The position numbers were made by a program, and so were the translations under genes. The notes beneath the pieces are model-generated. The model was not told where the DNA came from and made no database searches. It was given only the letters and a program-made list of their open reading frames with translations. 64,000 bases of DNA from assembly GCA_045656325.1 (NCBI GenBank), contig JAZOQX010000135.1, positions 16 to 64,015 of the forward strand, read 5' to 3'. Shown here one piece after another: positions 1-8,718 of the stretch (position 1 is its first letter; each line of letters starts with the position of its first letter). The stretch comes from Eubacteriales bacterium (lineage in GTDB: Bacteria > Bacillota > Clostridia > Oscillospirales > CAG-272).

Positions 1-1950
1 GATCCACTGATAAGGAGTTGCGCTTTGCTTTGCAGCATCCATGCCGCCGTTGGTCATAACCTCGGAGATGTTCAGGGCGCCTGTGTACTCCGCGATCTTG
101 ATATCATCAACCGTTACGTCCATACCGGGCTTTACTACCACACCGATGGTATCGGTGATGAAGCGATCCCAGCCGTTGTTACGGTAGTTGAGCACATTGA
201 CATCGGGATCCATAACCTCAACGAGAATGCCGTCCACGAAAACGCTCTGACGGAGTGCCAGAGGCTCGACGATGATCTTAACCGTATACTCTCTGTTCAA
301 GTATTCGGAAATATTCATCTGCTGTCCGACGGGCTTTGCGCCGCCGATGGCTCTGACGCTGCTGGCGCCGATGAAGTAATCATTCTGCTTCCAAGAATCG
401 TAGTACTCCAGCGTTGCGGTGTCACCCTTGGCAAGATACTGCAATCTCTTCATGGTCGTGGTCTTCCACCATACTGCGTTGCTGGTGGTGGAGTCGGGAC
501 CCTTGATGACGTTTTCATGACCGTTTCCAGCCATGTTGAAGCGGAAGAGCATATTATCGGTACCGATATCGGAACCTGCGTCATCACCCTCAGCTCTCAT
601 GGGTCCGTTCAGGTAGGTGAAGGCAAATGCCTGATAGCCACCCTGACCGTCTGCCTTGATAGACTTGGGTTTTCCGTTTGCGTCCGTGACCTCGATGGCC
701 GCGGAGCCTGCGGGTCTTCTGTTATAAGTAAACTTGTACTCTACGACGATAGAGTTCTTGGCAATATCCTCGTCCTGTACGACGGTGGGGGCCCATCCCG
801 CGTAGCTCATCGTGGCTTCGGGAGGATATACACCCTGCTGAGAATACTGAGAAACGAGACGGAGCTTACCGTCCTGGGTCATCAGCGCGGTCGCGTACTT
901 GTTAGGAGCGGACCAGCCGATGGCATCGGTCAGCGCAGCGTCCTCAAGACCCTGCAGAGCGGGATCGTTGAAGTCGTTCTCGTAGTAAACTCTGCCGTAG
1001 GAGCCTGTAGGAGCGGTATCGTTGCCGAGAGTAGAGTTGTAACCCCAGATCTTGATATTGTCAACGAGAGCGTCAAGACCGGGCTTGTTCTCTACTCCAA
1101 TGTATCCGAAATCGTTGGTCTTTGCCCAAGCGACCAGCGCAGCGTTCAGTGCGTCGGTGGACTTGAGAACCAGGGTATCGTTTACCCACAGCTCAACGTC
1201 ACCGTTAACGACGTCGATAACCTGCTTGATATGCATCTTCTGATCCATAACGGTAGAGGTTATGTTCTGAACACCGGAAACCTGATTGTTAAACTCGATG
1301 GTGGTGCTTCCATTAGAGGGAACGGGATTTACCTGAGTAAATCCACCACCACCCCAACCAACAGTTCCAATTGCCTGGTTGGCACTGGGGTTTAGATCGC
1401 CCGATACGTTGACACGCTGGTGGAGATAACCGCTCTTATTACCTCTGAAGGAGAGAGAGAGGAACTGCCAGCCTGCCTGACCGTCGGCCTTGATGGTCTT
1501 GTCGTACTCTTTCTTGTTGGTGGCATCGTAACCCTTAACGGTAACGGACTCGCCGCCCATCGCACGTCTTTGATAGGTCAAATCATACTCGATGACGGTG
1601 GTAGAATGCATCATTCTCTCATCGTTTCCGAAAATGGTGCCGGGACCGGTTATACTGGCGTAGCTACCGTTGGCACCATTCGCCGAAAGATGGTTGAGGA
1701 TACGGAGCTGACCGTCTCCAGTGATCATGAAGGTGTTGTTAGCACCGGGTCTGGTCCAGCCCATTGCGTCTGCCAGCTTGTAGTCCTCAAGACCCTTCAG
1801 GCTATTCCCGTTAAAGTCCTGCTCATAATAGATCCAAGAGTCCTGCGTGTTCTCTTGAACTACGTTTGCAGCAGAAGCGGTAGGTATCAGCATGGCGGCG
1901 ACAGGCAACATCATCACCAATGCCAATACGATGGAAATTACTTTTTTCAT
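1..1950 (-). CDS. Secreted repeat protein. The C-terminus runs off the window start. It has an internally duplicated module of roughly 280 aa. A LamG/concanavalin-like fold and a C-terminal lamin-tail-like segment are possible.
   Basis: Reading the reverse complement from the ATG at 1950 gives 650 open codons down to position 1. The ORF is absent from the supplied track because no stop lies in the window. The N-terminus MKKVISIVLALVMMLPVAAMLIPTASA/ANV is a Sec signal peptide. The motif YYEQDFNGNSLKGLEDYKLADAMGWTRPG (about 1744-1830) recurs as YYENDFNDPALQGLEDAALTDAIGWSAPN (about 901-987). The fold guess is pattern recognition only. Confidence 0.8.
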   Translation of the reverse strand, partial: MKKVISIVLALVMMLPVAAMLIPTASAANVVQENTQDSWIYYEQDFNGNSLKGLEDYKLADAMGWTRPGANNTFMITGDGQLRILNHLSANGANGSYASITGPGTIFGNDERMMHSTTVIEYDLTYQRRAMGGESVTVKGYDATNKKEYDKTIKADGQAGWQFLSLSFRGNKSGYLHQRVNVSGDLNPSANQAIGTVGWGGGGFTQVNPVPSNGSTTIEFNNQVSGVQNITSTVMDQKMHIKQVIDVVNGDVELWVNDTLVLKSTDALNAALVAWAKTNDFGYIGVENKPGLDALVDNIKIWGYNSTLGNDTAPTGSYGRVYYENDFNDPALQGLEDAALTDAIGWSAPNKYATALMTQDGKLRLVSQYSQQGVYPPEATMSYAGWAPTVVQDEDIAKNSIVVEYKFTYNRRPAGSAAIEVTDANGKPKSIKADGQGGYQAFAFTYLNGPMRAEGDDAGSDIGTDNMLFRFNMAGNGHENVIKGPDSTTSNAVWWKTTTMKRLQYLAKGDTATLEYYDSWKQNDYFIGASSVRAIGGAKPVGQQMNISEYLNREYTVKIIVEPLALRQSVFVDGILVEVMDPDVNVLNYRNNGWDRFITDTIGVVVKPGMDVTVDDIKIAEYTGALNISEVMTNGGMDAAKQSATPYQWI

Positions 1951-2127
1951 AAGCTTTTTCCTGTTCATGCTTGTGCATGATTCCTTTCTAAAAATTTTTA
2001 AATTTTAGAGTTTCGTACCTGTTTTTGACCGATACAGATACGGATTCGTACCATTATTATATCACTTCTGTCAAGTCGTGACAATTCATTATTAGCCCAA
2101 AATTTAGAAATTTAGTTCGATATCCGC

Positions 2128-2355
2128 TCAATTTTGGCAAAGTGATGAAAATGGAAAAAAGATTGTAAATTTTTTGTTTATTTTGACAAATTTCGCGGGT
2201 GCGGGGGCAAGCGGGGCGTCGAGGACGTCGCCCCCTACGATTTGAGATAAAATTTTGCGGCTTTGTTCCGTACATACGGTTACGAAGTACGCGCCGCAGG
2301 AATTGTAATCGTAATTCTCCAAACGGGTTTTCTTTCTTTTCTTCCATTCGGTCAT
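2128..2355 (-). pseudogene. N-terminal remnant of a COG1943/RAYT-type (IS200-like, Y1) transposase
   Basis: This is a 75-aa ORF. Its segment RLENYDYNSCGAYFVTVCTEQSRKILSQIVGGDVLDAP matches the characteristic N-terminus of this family (YDYSxxGAYFVT[IV]CT). The HUH and catalytic-Tyr regions that should follow are missing, and the ORF tail is unrelated sequence. The match was recognised from memory, not searched. Confidence 0.5.
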
Positions 2356-2404
2356 TCCATCACCCCCCGTTTTATTGTACCGCGGTTTCGGCGTATTGTA
2401 AAGA

Positions 2405-2430
2405 AAATCCCCCCTCGAGAGGGGGGATTT
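2405..2430 (-). terminator. Intrinsic terminator after the SDR gene
   Basis: The stem is AAATCCCCCC (2405-2414) paired with GGGGGGATTT (2421-2430). It lies 10 nt past the stop at 2440. A T-rich run follows on the minus strand. Confidence 0.7.
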
Positions 2431-2439
2431 GGGTTTGTC

Positions 2440-3186
2440 TTAGTTGCAAACGGCTCCGCCGCTTGCGAAAATGGTCTGTCCCGATACCCAGCTGGAATCA
2501 TCGGTGGACAGGAAGACCGCGATGGACGCGATCTCTTCGGGATCACCCAGTCTCTGGGCGGGAAGTCCCTTAATCATTCTTCCGAGGATCTCCTCGCCGA
2601 CGGCGCGCATCATGTCGGTGTCAATGTAACCGGGGGCGATGCAGTTCATGCGGACGTTCTTTCTGGCAAGCTCCTTTGCCATGGTTCTGGTAAAGCCCTG
2701 CAACGCTGCCTTGGTTGCCGCGTAGTTTGCCTGACCGGGGTTGCCCATCAGGGACGTGGAGGACAGGTTGACGATGGAGCCGCTCTCCTGCTCACGCATC
2801 AGCGGAACTACGTACTTGCAAAGATTGTAAACACCGTTGAGGTTTACGTTGACAACGGCATACCAATCATCGTCGGTCATCTTGTGGAAGATCTTGTCTC
2901 TGGTGATGCCTGCGTTATTGATCAGAACGTCTACGCGTCCGAAGGTAGCCACTACCTCGTCCACTGCCGTCTTGACCATGTCGCCGTCCGCAATGTTGCA
3001 ACGGACAGCCAAAACTCTCTTGCCCGTGGGATCCAGCTCCTCGGCGGTTGCCTTTGCCAGCTCATAGTCGTATTCAAGAATGGCAACGCCTGCCGCTTCC
3101 TCTTCCAAAAATTTCTTGGCAATCGCTTTACCGATTCCCTTGCCTGCGCCCGTTACGATGCAATATTTTCCTGCTAAGTTTCTCAT
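2440..3186 (-). CDS. Short-chain dehydrogenase/reductase (3-oxoacyl reductase-like)
   Basis: The protein is 248 aa. It has the cofactor motif TGAGKGIG, NNAG, and the catalytic YxxxK (YAATK). A GGAG SD lies upstream of the ATG at 3186. Confidence 0.85.
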   Translation of the reverse strand: MRNLAGKYCIVTGAGKGIGKAIAKKFLEEEAAGVAILEYDYELAKATAEELDPTGKRVLAVRCNIADGDMVKTAVDEVVATFGRVDVLINNAGITRDKIFHKMTDDDWYAVVNVNLNGVYNLCKYVVPLMREQESGSIVNLSSTSLMGNPGQANYAATKAALQGFTRTMAKELARKNVRMNCIAPGYIDTDMMRAVGEEILGRMIKGLPAQRLGDPEEIASIAVFLSTDDSSWVSGQTIFASGGAVCN

Positions 3187-3204
3187 AATTCGTCTCCTAT
3201 ATTT

Positions 3205-4413
3205 TTATTTACGAAGATTTTCGATCAGTGTGGTAACGCCCTGTCCGCCGCCGCAGCAGGAGGAGAACAGACCGTATCTGCCGCCTCTGCGAGCCAGCTC
3301 CTTCATACAGAAGATACCGATTCTCGCGCCCGACGCGCCGTTGGGGTGTCCGAATGCGATGGCTCCGCCGTTGGGGTTCCACTTCTCTTGGTCGATCTTC
3401 TTGCCGGAGAGATTCTCCATCTCCTTGATAACACCCAGGTTCTGTGCGGCAAATGCCTCGTTACACTCGAATACGTCGATGACATCCATGGTCAGTCCTG
3501 CACGCTCGATTGCCATGAGGTTGGAGTATGCGGGGCCGATGCCCATGAGTCTGGGCTCTACGCCAATATCGGTTCCTACGACCCAACGGGCAAAGGGCTC
3601 ATAGCCCAGCTCCTTCGCCTTGTCTGCCGTCATCATCATGACGAACGCCGCGCCGTCGTTCAATCCCGACGCGTTTCCTGCGGTGGTTACGGCGTTGGGC
3701 GCGTTTCTTACGAGACGCAGTCCTGCCAGCGCTTCCATGGTGGTGGTGGGACGGAGATGCTCGTCCTTATCAAACACGATCTCGGGAGTCTTCTTGGTGG
3801 CGGGGATCACTACGGGAACAATCTCCTCCTTGAAATATCCCTTTTCCACAGCGGCTGCCGCGCGCATCTGGCTGCGGTACGCAAACGCGTCGCAATCCTC
3901 GCGGGTGATGCCCCACTTTTCTGCCATGATGTCAGCGATCTCGATCATGGAAGCGCGCTGTACGGGGTCTGCATGGATAATGGGAATGAGGACCTGAGGT
4001 CCGATGCCCTTGTAGGGCTCAACGGTGGTGGAGAATCTTACCACACCGTTGCTGTGAGACTCCATACCGCCGGCGATGACAACGTCAGCCGCGCCTGCAA
4101 GGATCTTCCATGCGGCATGGTTGATGGAATCGATTGCCGAGCCGCACTGCTTCTCTACGAAGGAGGTGCTGGTCTCGAAGGGCAGACCTGCTGCCATGGA
4201 AATGTAACGGGCAGGGCTCCAGCTCTTAGAGGAAACGGCTGCCGCGCCGCACATGACCGAGTCAACCTTGCCGCCGCGCTCGAGAATTCCCGTCTTTTCA
4301 ACCAAAGCCTTTACCGTCAGAGCCGCCAGATCATCAGCGGCGAAGGTCTTGATGGTACCGCCCATCTTTCCGATGGCTGTACGCATTCCGTCTACAAATA
4401 CTACTTCACGCAT
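3205..4413 (-). CDS. Acetyl-CoA C-acetyltransferase (thiolase)
   Basis: The protein is 402 aa. It has a thiolase-type N-terminus (VVFVDGMRTAIGKMGG) and the C-terminal signature NPNGGAIAFGHPNGASG...SCCGGGQG. Confidence 0.9.
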   Translation of the reverse strand: MREVVFVDGMRTAIGKMGGTIKTFAADDLAALTVKALVEKTGILERGGKVDSVMCGAAAVSSKSWSPARYISMAAGLPFETSTSFVEKQCGSAIDSINHAAWKILAGAADVVIAGGMESHSNGVVRFSTTVEPYKGIGPQVLIPIIHADPVQRASMIEIADIMAEKWGITREDCDAFAYRSQMRAAAAVEKGYFKEEIVPVVIPATKKTPEIVFDKDEHLRPTTTMEALAGLRLVRNAPNAVTTAGNASGLNDGAAFVMMMTADKAKELGYEPFARWVVGTDIGVEPRLMGIGPAYSNLMAIERAGLTMDVIDVFECNEAFAAQNLGVIKEMENLSGKKIDQEKWNPNGGAIAFGHPNGASGARIGIFCMKELARRGGRYGLFSSCCGGGQGVTTLIENLRK

Positions 4414-4451
4414 TGTTTTGTTCTCCTTTAATGTTTATTTGATAAAAATTT

Positions 4452-5678
4452 TTATTTTGCCGTGTGGATTGCGCCACTCTCCTCGAGGCGCTCGATCTCC
4501 CGATCGGTATAGCCGAGCCGACGAAGCACCTCGGCGGTGTCCGCACCGCAGGGGGGCGCGGGACGGGTTTTGACCTTCCCTACCGATCCCATTTGAATGG
4601 GGCTGGCGGGAACGGTGTCCTCGTGTCCGTTGGGGAAGGTAACACGCTCTAAATATCCGTTTTCCCATGCCTGAGGATCCTCGGAAACCTCCTTGAAGTG
4701 GGCTACGCGCACCAAGGGTACGTCATATTCGTCGCCAAGGCGGAGCCATTCATCCACGGGCTTTTCTAAAAATGCATCCCGAAAATATCCGTATAATTCA
4801 TATCGGTATTCCCAGCGATTTGCGGGCGTGAAACGGGGATCATCCACCAGCTCGGGGTGTCCGACCAGCCTCATCAGCCTTGGCAGGTTGACCGTGGGAT
4901 CGCCCAGCGCGAAATATACCCATTCTCCGTCGGCGCATTGGTAGCTTCCCTCGGGCGCGCCGTGATCTACCCGATTGTAGGGGTAGCATCTGCCAAAGGG
5001 GGGCTGCGCCATGGTGATCATGGTGCCCATGCAGAAGATGGCGTTTTGATAGAGTCCCGAGCTGACGTTGTCGCCAACGCCCGTTTGCTCTCTGCGATAG
5101 AGAGCCGCGTTGATCTCCGCCGCCAAAAGAAACGCCGTGGCGGTATCACCCACACCGATGGGGGAGAGGACGGGCTCATAGTCTTCCTTCATTGCCGACA
5201 TATCCCGAATAAAGCCGCTTCTTGCCCAAAAGGCGGTGGTATCGAAGGCGGGCTTATGGGCATCGGGTCCCTTTTCTCCGTAGCCGACCACCGAGGCGTA
5301 GATCAGTCGGGGGTGGGTCTTTTTCAGGTCCTCATAGGAGAGTCCCAGCTTCTTGAGAGACGCGGCGCGAACGTTGGTGATCAGTACGTCCGCTTCCGAC
5401 AAAAGCCTTCGAAAGACCTCCATTCCCTCGGGGGTCTTCAGGTTCAGCGATACGTGCTTTTTTCCCGAATTGCATAGGTCGAAAATGGGGTTTTCCTTTT
5501 CCTCAAAGCGGTACGGCAGGAAGCTGACGCCTGATTTTCGCCAGCTGTCACCCGTCAGCGATTCTACCTTGACCACGTCGGCTCCCATATCCGAGAGCAG
5601 ACGGGCGACGGTGGGACCGCATACGAAGGTGGAAAGCTCCAAGATCTTGATTCCCGACAGGGGAGCTTGACTGTTCAT
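4452..5678 (-). CDS. Family III CoA-transferase (CaiB/BaiF family), paralogue 1
   Basis: The protein is 408 aa. It has the typical N-terminus PLSGIKILELSTFVCGP...LSDMGADVVKVE and a VGDTAT segment. Confidence 0.85.
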   Translation of the reverse strand: MNSQAPLSGIKILELSTFVCGPTVARLLSDMGADVVKVESLTGDSWRKSGVSFLPYRFEEKENPIFDLCNSGKKHVSLNLKTPEGMEVFRRLLSEADVLITNVRAASLKKLGLSYEDLKKTHPRLIYASVVGYGEKGPDAHKPAFDTTAFWARSGFIRDMSAMKEDYEPVLSPIGVGDTATAFLLAAEINAALYRREQTGVGDNVSSGLYQNAIFCMGTMITMAQPPFGRCYPYNRVDHGAPEGSYQCADGEWVYFALGDPTVNLPRLMRLVGHPELVDDPRFTPANRWEYRYELYGYFRDAFLEKPVDEWLRLGDEYDVPLVRVAHFKEVSEDPQAWENGYLERVTFPNGHEDTVPASPIQMGSVGKVKTRPAPPCGADTAEVLRRLGYTDREIERLEESGAIHTAK

Positions 5679-5689
5679 AAAACACTCCT

Positions 5690-6907
5690 TTATTTCGCGA
5701 CGATTGCCGCACCCGCTTCGATCATGGCATTGATCTGCTCCTCGGTATAGCCGAGGGTTCGAAGGATCTCTACGGTATGCGCGCCAACGGGGGGAGCGGG
5801 CTTGGTGGGAGGCGGTGTGAAGGACTCCATTTCAATGGGGCTGGCGGGCATGATATCCACGTTGCCGTTACGAAATTCCACGTGCTCCAGATATCCGTTC
5901 TCCCATGCCTGCGGATCCTTGGAAACGTCCTTGAAATGCGCCATGTGGGCAATGGGCAGACCGTGCTCGCGTCCGTAATTCACCCAATATTCGTGGGGAT
6001 GCTTGAGAACGCCCTCGCGGAAATAATTATATAATGCCTCGCGGTTCTCCCATCGTTTCGCGGGTACGAAGCGAGGATCATCGATCAGCTCGGGGTGACC
6101 GATCATGGCGAGATATTCGGGATAGTCCTTGGGCATTCCCGCAGGAAAATAGATCCATTCGCCATCGGAGCACTCAAAGCTTCCGTAAATCCCGTGATCG
6201 GTTCGCTTGGAGGGGTAGGATCTTCCAAACGGCTCTTGGGTCATGATGATCATGGTACCCATGCAGAATACGCCGTTGTGGAACAGGGTGGAGGTGACGT
6301 AGTCGCCCTCGCCCGTTACCGTGCGGCGGTAGAGCGCGGCGCAGATCTCACCCATCAGGAGATAGCCCGTAGCCGTGTCACCCACGCTGGAGGGGGCGGT
6401 GACGGGAAAATAGGTGCCGTCCGATAGCGTTGTCATATCACGCAGAAATCCGCTTCTTGGCCAGAACGCCGTGGTATCGTAGGCGGGCATATCGGCATCG
6501 GGACCCGTTTTTCCGAAGCCAAGAACAGCCGCGTAAATAAGAGAAGGAAACCGCTCCTTCAGATCCTCGTAGGCAAGCCCCAGTCGCTTTAGCGCCGCGG
6601 GGCGAAGGTTGGTAACGAATACGTCGGCATCCTCCAGAAGCTTCATAAAGGCTTCCTTTCCCTCGGGTGTTTTGAGGTTCAGGGAAACGTGCTTCTTTCC
6701 CGTATTATAAATATCGAAAATGGGGTTTTCGTCCTTGCTGAAGCGGGGGAGATAGCCTATGCCCGCGCCTCGCCAGCCGTCACCCGTGGGTGCTTCGACC
6801 TTAATGACCTCCGCACCCATGTCCGCCAAAATTCTCGCGCAGACGGGAGCGGCAACGTAGACCGACATTTCAACTACCTTTACTCCCGACAATGGTCCTT
6901 GATTCAT
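5690..6907 (-). CDS. Family III CoA-transferase (CaiB/BaiF family), paralogue 2
   Basis: The protein is 405 aa and is colinear with the neighbouring paralogue. Shared runs include GKKHVSLNLKTPEG, GHPEL[VI]DDPRF and DPQAWENGYLE. Confidence 0.85.
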   Translation of the reverse strand: MNQGPLSGVKVVEMSVYVAAPVCARILADMGAEVIKVEAPTGDGWRGAGIGYLPRFSKDENPIFDIYNTGKKHVSLNLKTPEGKEAFMKLLEDADVFVTNLRPAALKRLGLAYEDLKERFPSLIYAAVLGFGKTGPDADMPAYDTTAFWPRSGFLRDMTTLSDGTYFPVTAPSSVGDTATGYLLMGEICAALYRRTVTGEGDYVTSTLFHNGVFCMGTMIIMTQEPFGRSYPSKRTDHGIYGSFECSDGEWIYFPAGMPKDYPEYLAMIGHPELIDDPRFVPAKRWENREALYNYFREGVLKHPHEYWVNYGREHGLPIAHMAHFKDVSKDPQAWENGYLEHVEFRNGNVDIMPASPIEMESFTPPPTKPAPPVGAHTVEILRTLGYTEEQINAMIEAGAAIVAK

Positions 6908-6934
6908 GTATGTTCTCCTTTTTGCCGTTACTCT

Positions 6935-7789
6935 TTATTCGTAGTCGTAGAAGCCATGTCCCGACTTTCTGCCGAGTCTGCCTTCCTTGACCATCTGCTC
7001 GTAATAATCGAGCATATCGGGCTTCTTGCCTGTCTTCTCGTAGATTCCCTTGAGAATGGTATAGGTCAGGTCAACACCCGTCAAATCACCCGTACGGAAT
7101 ACGCCCATCTTATGACCGAATCCCTTTTCCAGAGCAATGTCTACCTCCTGAGGGGTGCAGTAGCCGTTTTCGACCAAATATCTTGCTCTCTCGCTCAGTC
7201 CGCTGAACAGGTAGTTACCCGCAAAGCCGGGGATTTCCTTCTTCTGCCAGATGGGACTCTTTCCGATCGCCTTACAGAAGTTGTATGCCGCAGCGGCAGT
7301 CTCCTCGCTTGTGTGAGGACCTTGAACCACCTCCACGAACTCCATCACGAGGGCGGGGTTGAAGAAGTGCATATTGCAAAGACGAGAGGGATTCTTGACA
7401 CAGTCGGCAAAGAGAGAGGAAACCATGTAGCTGGAGTTGGTACAAAGGATGACGTCCTCGCCTACCAGATCGGAGAGCTGACGGAAAAGATTTGCTTTTA
7501 CGTCCTGAATCTCAACGATACACTCGATCACGCAGTCCACGCCCTCTACAGCCTTTTCCAAGGAGGATGCCAGATGGAAACGCTCGCGGGTTGCGGCGAC
7601 CTGCTCCTCGGTCATACGGCCCTTCTTGATACGGCCTGCCAGATATTCGTCCTCCCAAGCCGCAATGTTTTCCAAAACCTCGGGCTTCAGATCATACACG
7701 GTAGCGTCAAAGCCGTGGATCGAAGCGCACAGAGCGATCTGACGACCCATCAGTCCGCCACCCACAACACAAATTCTTTTAATTTCCAT
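6935..7789 (-). CDS. 3-hydroxyacyl-CoA dehydrogenase family protein (Hbd-like)
   Basis: The protein is 284 aa. It has a Rossmann motif VVGGGLMG at the N-terminus, HFFNPA, and a C-terminal GRLGRKSGHGFYDY typical of the HADH family. Confidence 0.88.
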   Translation of the reverse strand: MEIKRICVVGGGLMGRQIALCASIHGFDATVYDLKPEVLENIAAWEDEYLAGRIKKGRMTEEQVAATRERFHLASSLEKAVEGVDCVIECIVEIQDVKANLFRQLSDLVGEDVILCTNSSYMVSSLFADCVKNPSRLCNMHFFNPALVMEFVEVVQGPHTSEETAAAAYNFCKAIGKSPIWQKKEIPGFAGNYLFSGLSERARYLVENGYCTPQEVDIALEKGFGHKMGVFRTGDLTGVDLTYTILKGIYEKTGKKPDMLDYYEQMVKEGRLGRKSGHGFYDYE

Positions 7790-7950
7790 TTTCTTCTCCT
7801 TATTTCTTGCTTTATTTTTGTTGAACTACAAAGGGGCATTTGTCTTCAAGGTCATTATATCGTACAAAAAAGTCAAAATCATGTCAAAAAAACAAAAATA
7901 TGTGACGGATTTATACCTCTTTGCTCCAAAATGTTTCGCATAGGGCAAAT

Positions 7951-7984
7951 AAAAAAGAAGGACGGACCGTTTTGTCCGTCCTTC
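7951..7984 (-). terminator. Intrinsic terminator after the ThuA-like gene
   Basis: The stem is GAAGGACGGAC (7957-7967) paired with GTCCGTCCTTC (7974-7984). On the minus strand a T6 tract follows (plus-strand A6 at 7951-7956). Confidence 0.8.
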
Positions 7985-7992
7985 CCTTGAAA

Positions 7993-8700
7993 TCAGTCCT
8001 CCAAAGGGCTTACCTGTATGCAATCAACCGCAATATTTTTTTCCTCGGGACAAGCCCACCTGACCGCGTTTCTGAGAATCGTTTGGATATTTTCGTTGCA
8101 GAAGGTGGGGTAATCCTCATGACCCGGCTGGAAATAAAAGATTTTTCCATGTCCGCGCCGCCACGTGCATCCGCTTCGGAAAACCTCGCCTCCCTTAAAC
8201 CACCCGAGAAAGATCAGCTCCTCCGGCGCGGGAATATCAAACCTCTCACCATACATTTCCTCGGGATCGAGAGAGAAGCTTTCGGGCACTCCCTTGGCGA
8301 TGGGATGCTCGGGCATAACCGTCCAAACGCGCTCCCTGTCTTTTGCTCTCCATTTGAGCGTGCAGGAGGTACCCATGAGCCTTCTGAAAATTTTTGAGAA
8401 ATGACCCGAATGAAGTACAATGAGTCCCATTCCCGCGATTACGTGCTTGTAAACCCGTTCCACGACCTCGTCGGGAACTAAGTGATGCTTTGCGTGTCCC
8501 CACCAGACCAACACGTCGGTTTGATCAAGCGTCTCATCGGTCAGACCGCATTCGGGATCATCCAGCGTGGCGGTGGAAACCTCAACGTCATCACATTCAA
8601 GGACGCTTTGGAGGTATCCGTGGATGCCGCCCGGATAAAATTCACAGATCTCGGGATGCCTTCTTTCATGATAGTACTCGTTCCAAACTATGACCTTCAT
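7993..8700 (-). CDS. ThuA-like (trehalose utilisation, class I glutamine amidotransferase-like) protein
   Basis: The protein is 235 aa. It shows the ThuA-domain pattern VLVWWGH...LIVLHSGH...HPIAKG...MYGERFDIP...FYFQPGHE. Confidence 0.75.
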   Translation of the reverse strand: MKVIVWNEYYHERRHPEICEFYPGGIHGYLQSVLECDDVEVSTATLDDPECGLTDETLDQTDVLVWWGHAKHHLVPDEVVERVYKHVIAGMGLIVLHSGHFSKIFRRLMGTSCTLKWRAKDRERVWTVMPEHPIAKGVPESFSLDPEEMYGERFDIPAPEELIFLGWFKGGEVFRSGCTWRRGHGKIFYFQPGHEDYPTFCNENIQTILRNAVRWACPEEKNIAVDCIQVSPLED

Positions 8701-8718
8701 TTTTTCCTCCCTTGCCGA

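Noticed and set aside
25-1980. The long plus-strand track ORFs 25..1395 (456 aa) and 1420..1980 (186 aa)
   Set aside because: They are antisense shadows of the minus-strand secreted-protein gene. Their composition is Val/Gly/Leu-rich with no motifs or SD. The opposite strand has a signal peptide, an internal repeat structure and an SD-compatible start at 1950.
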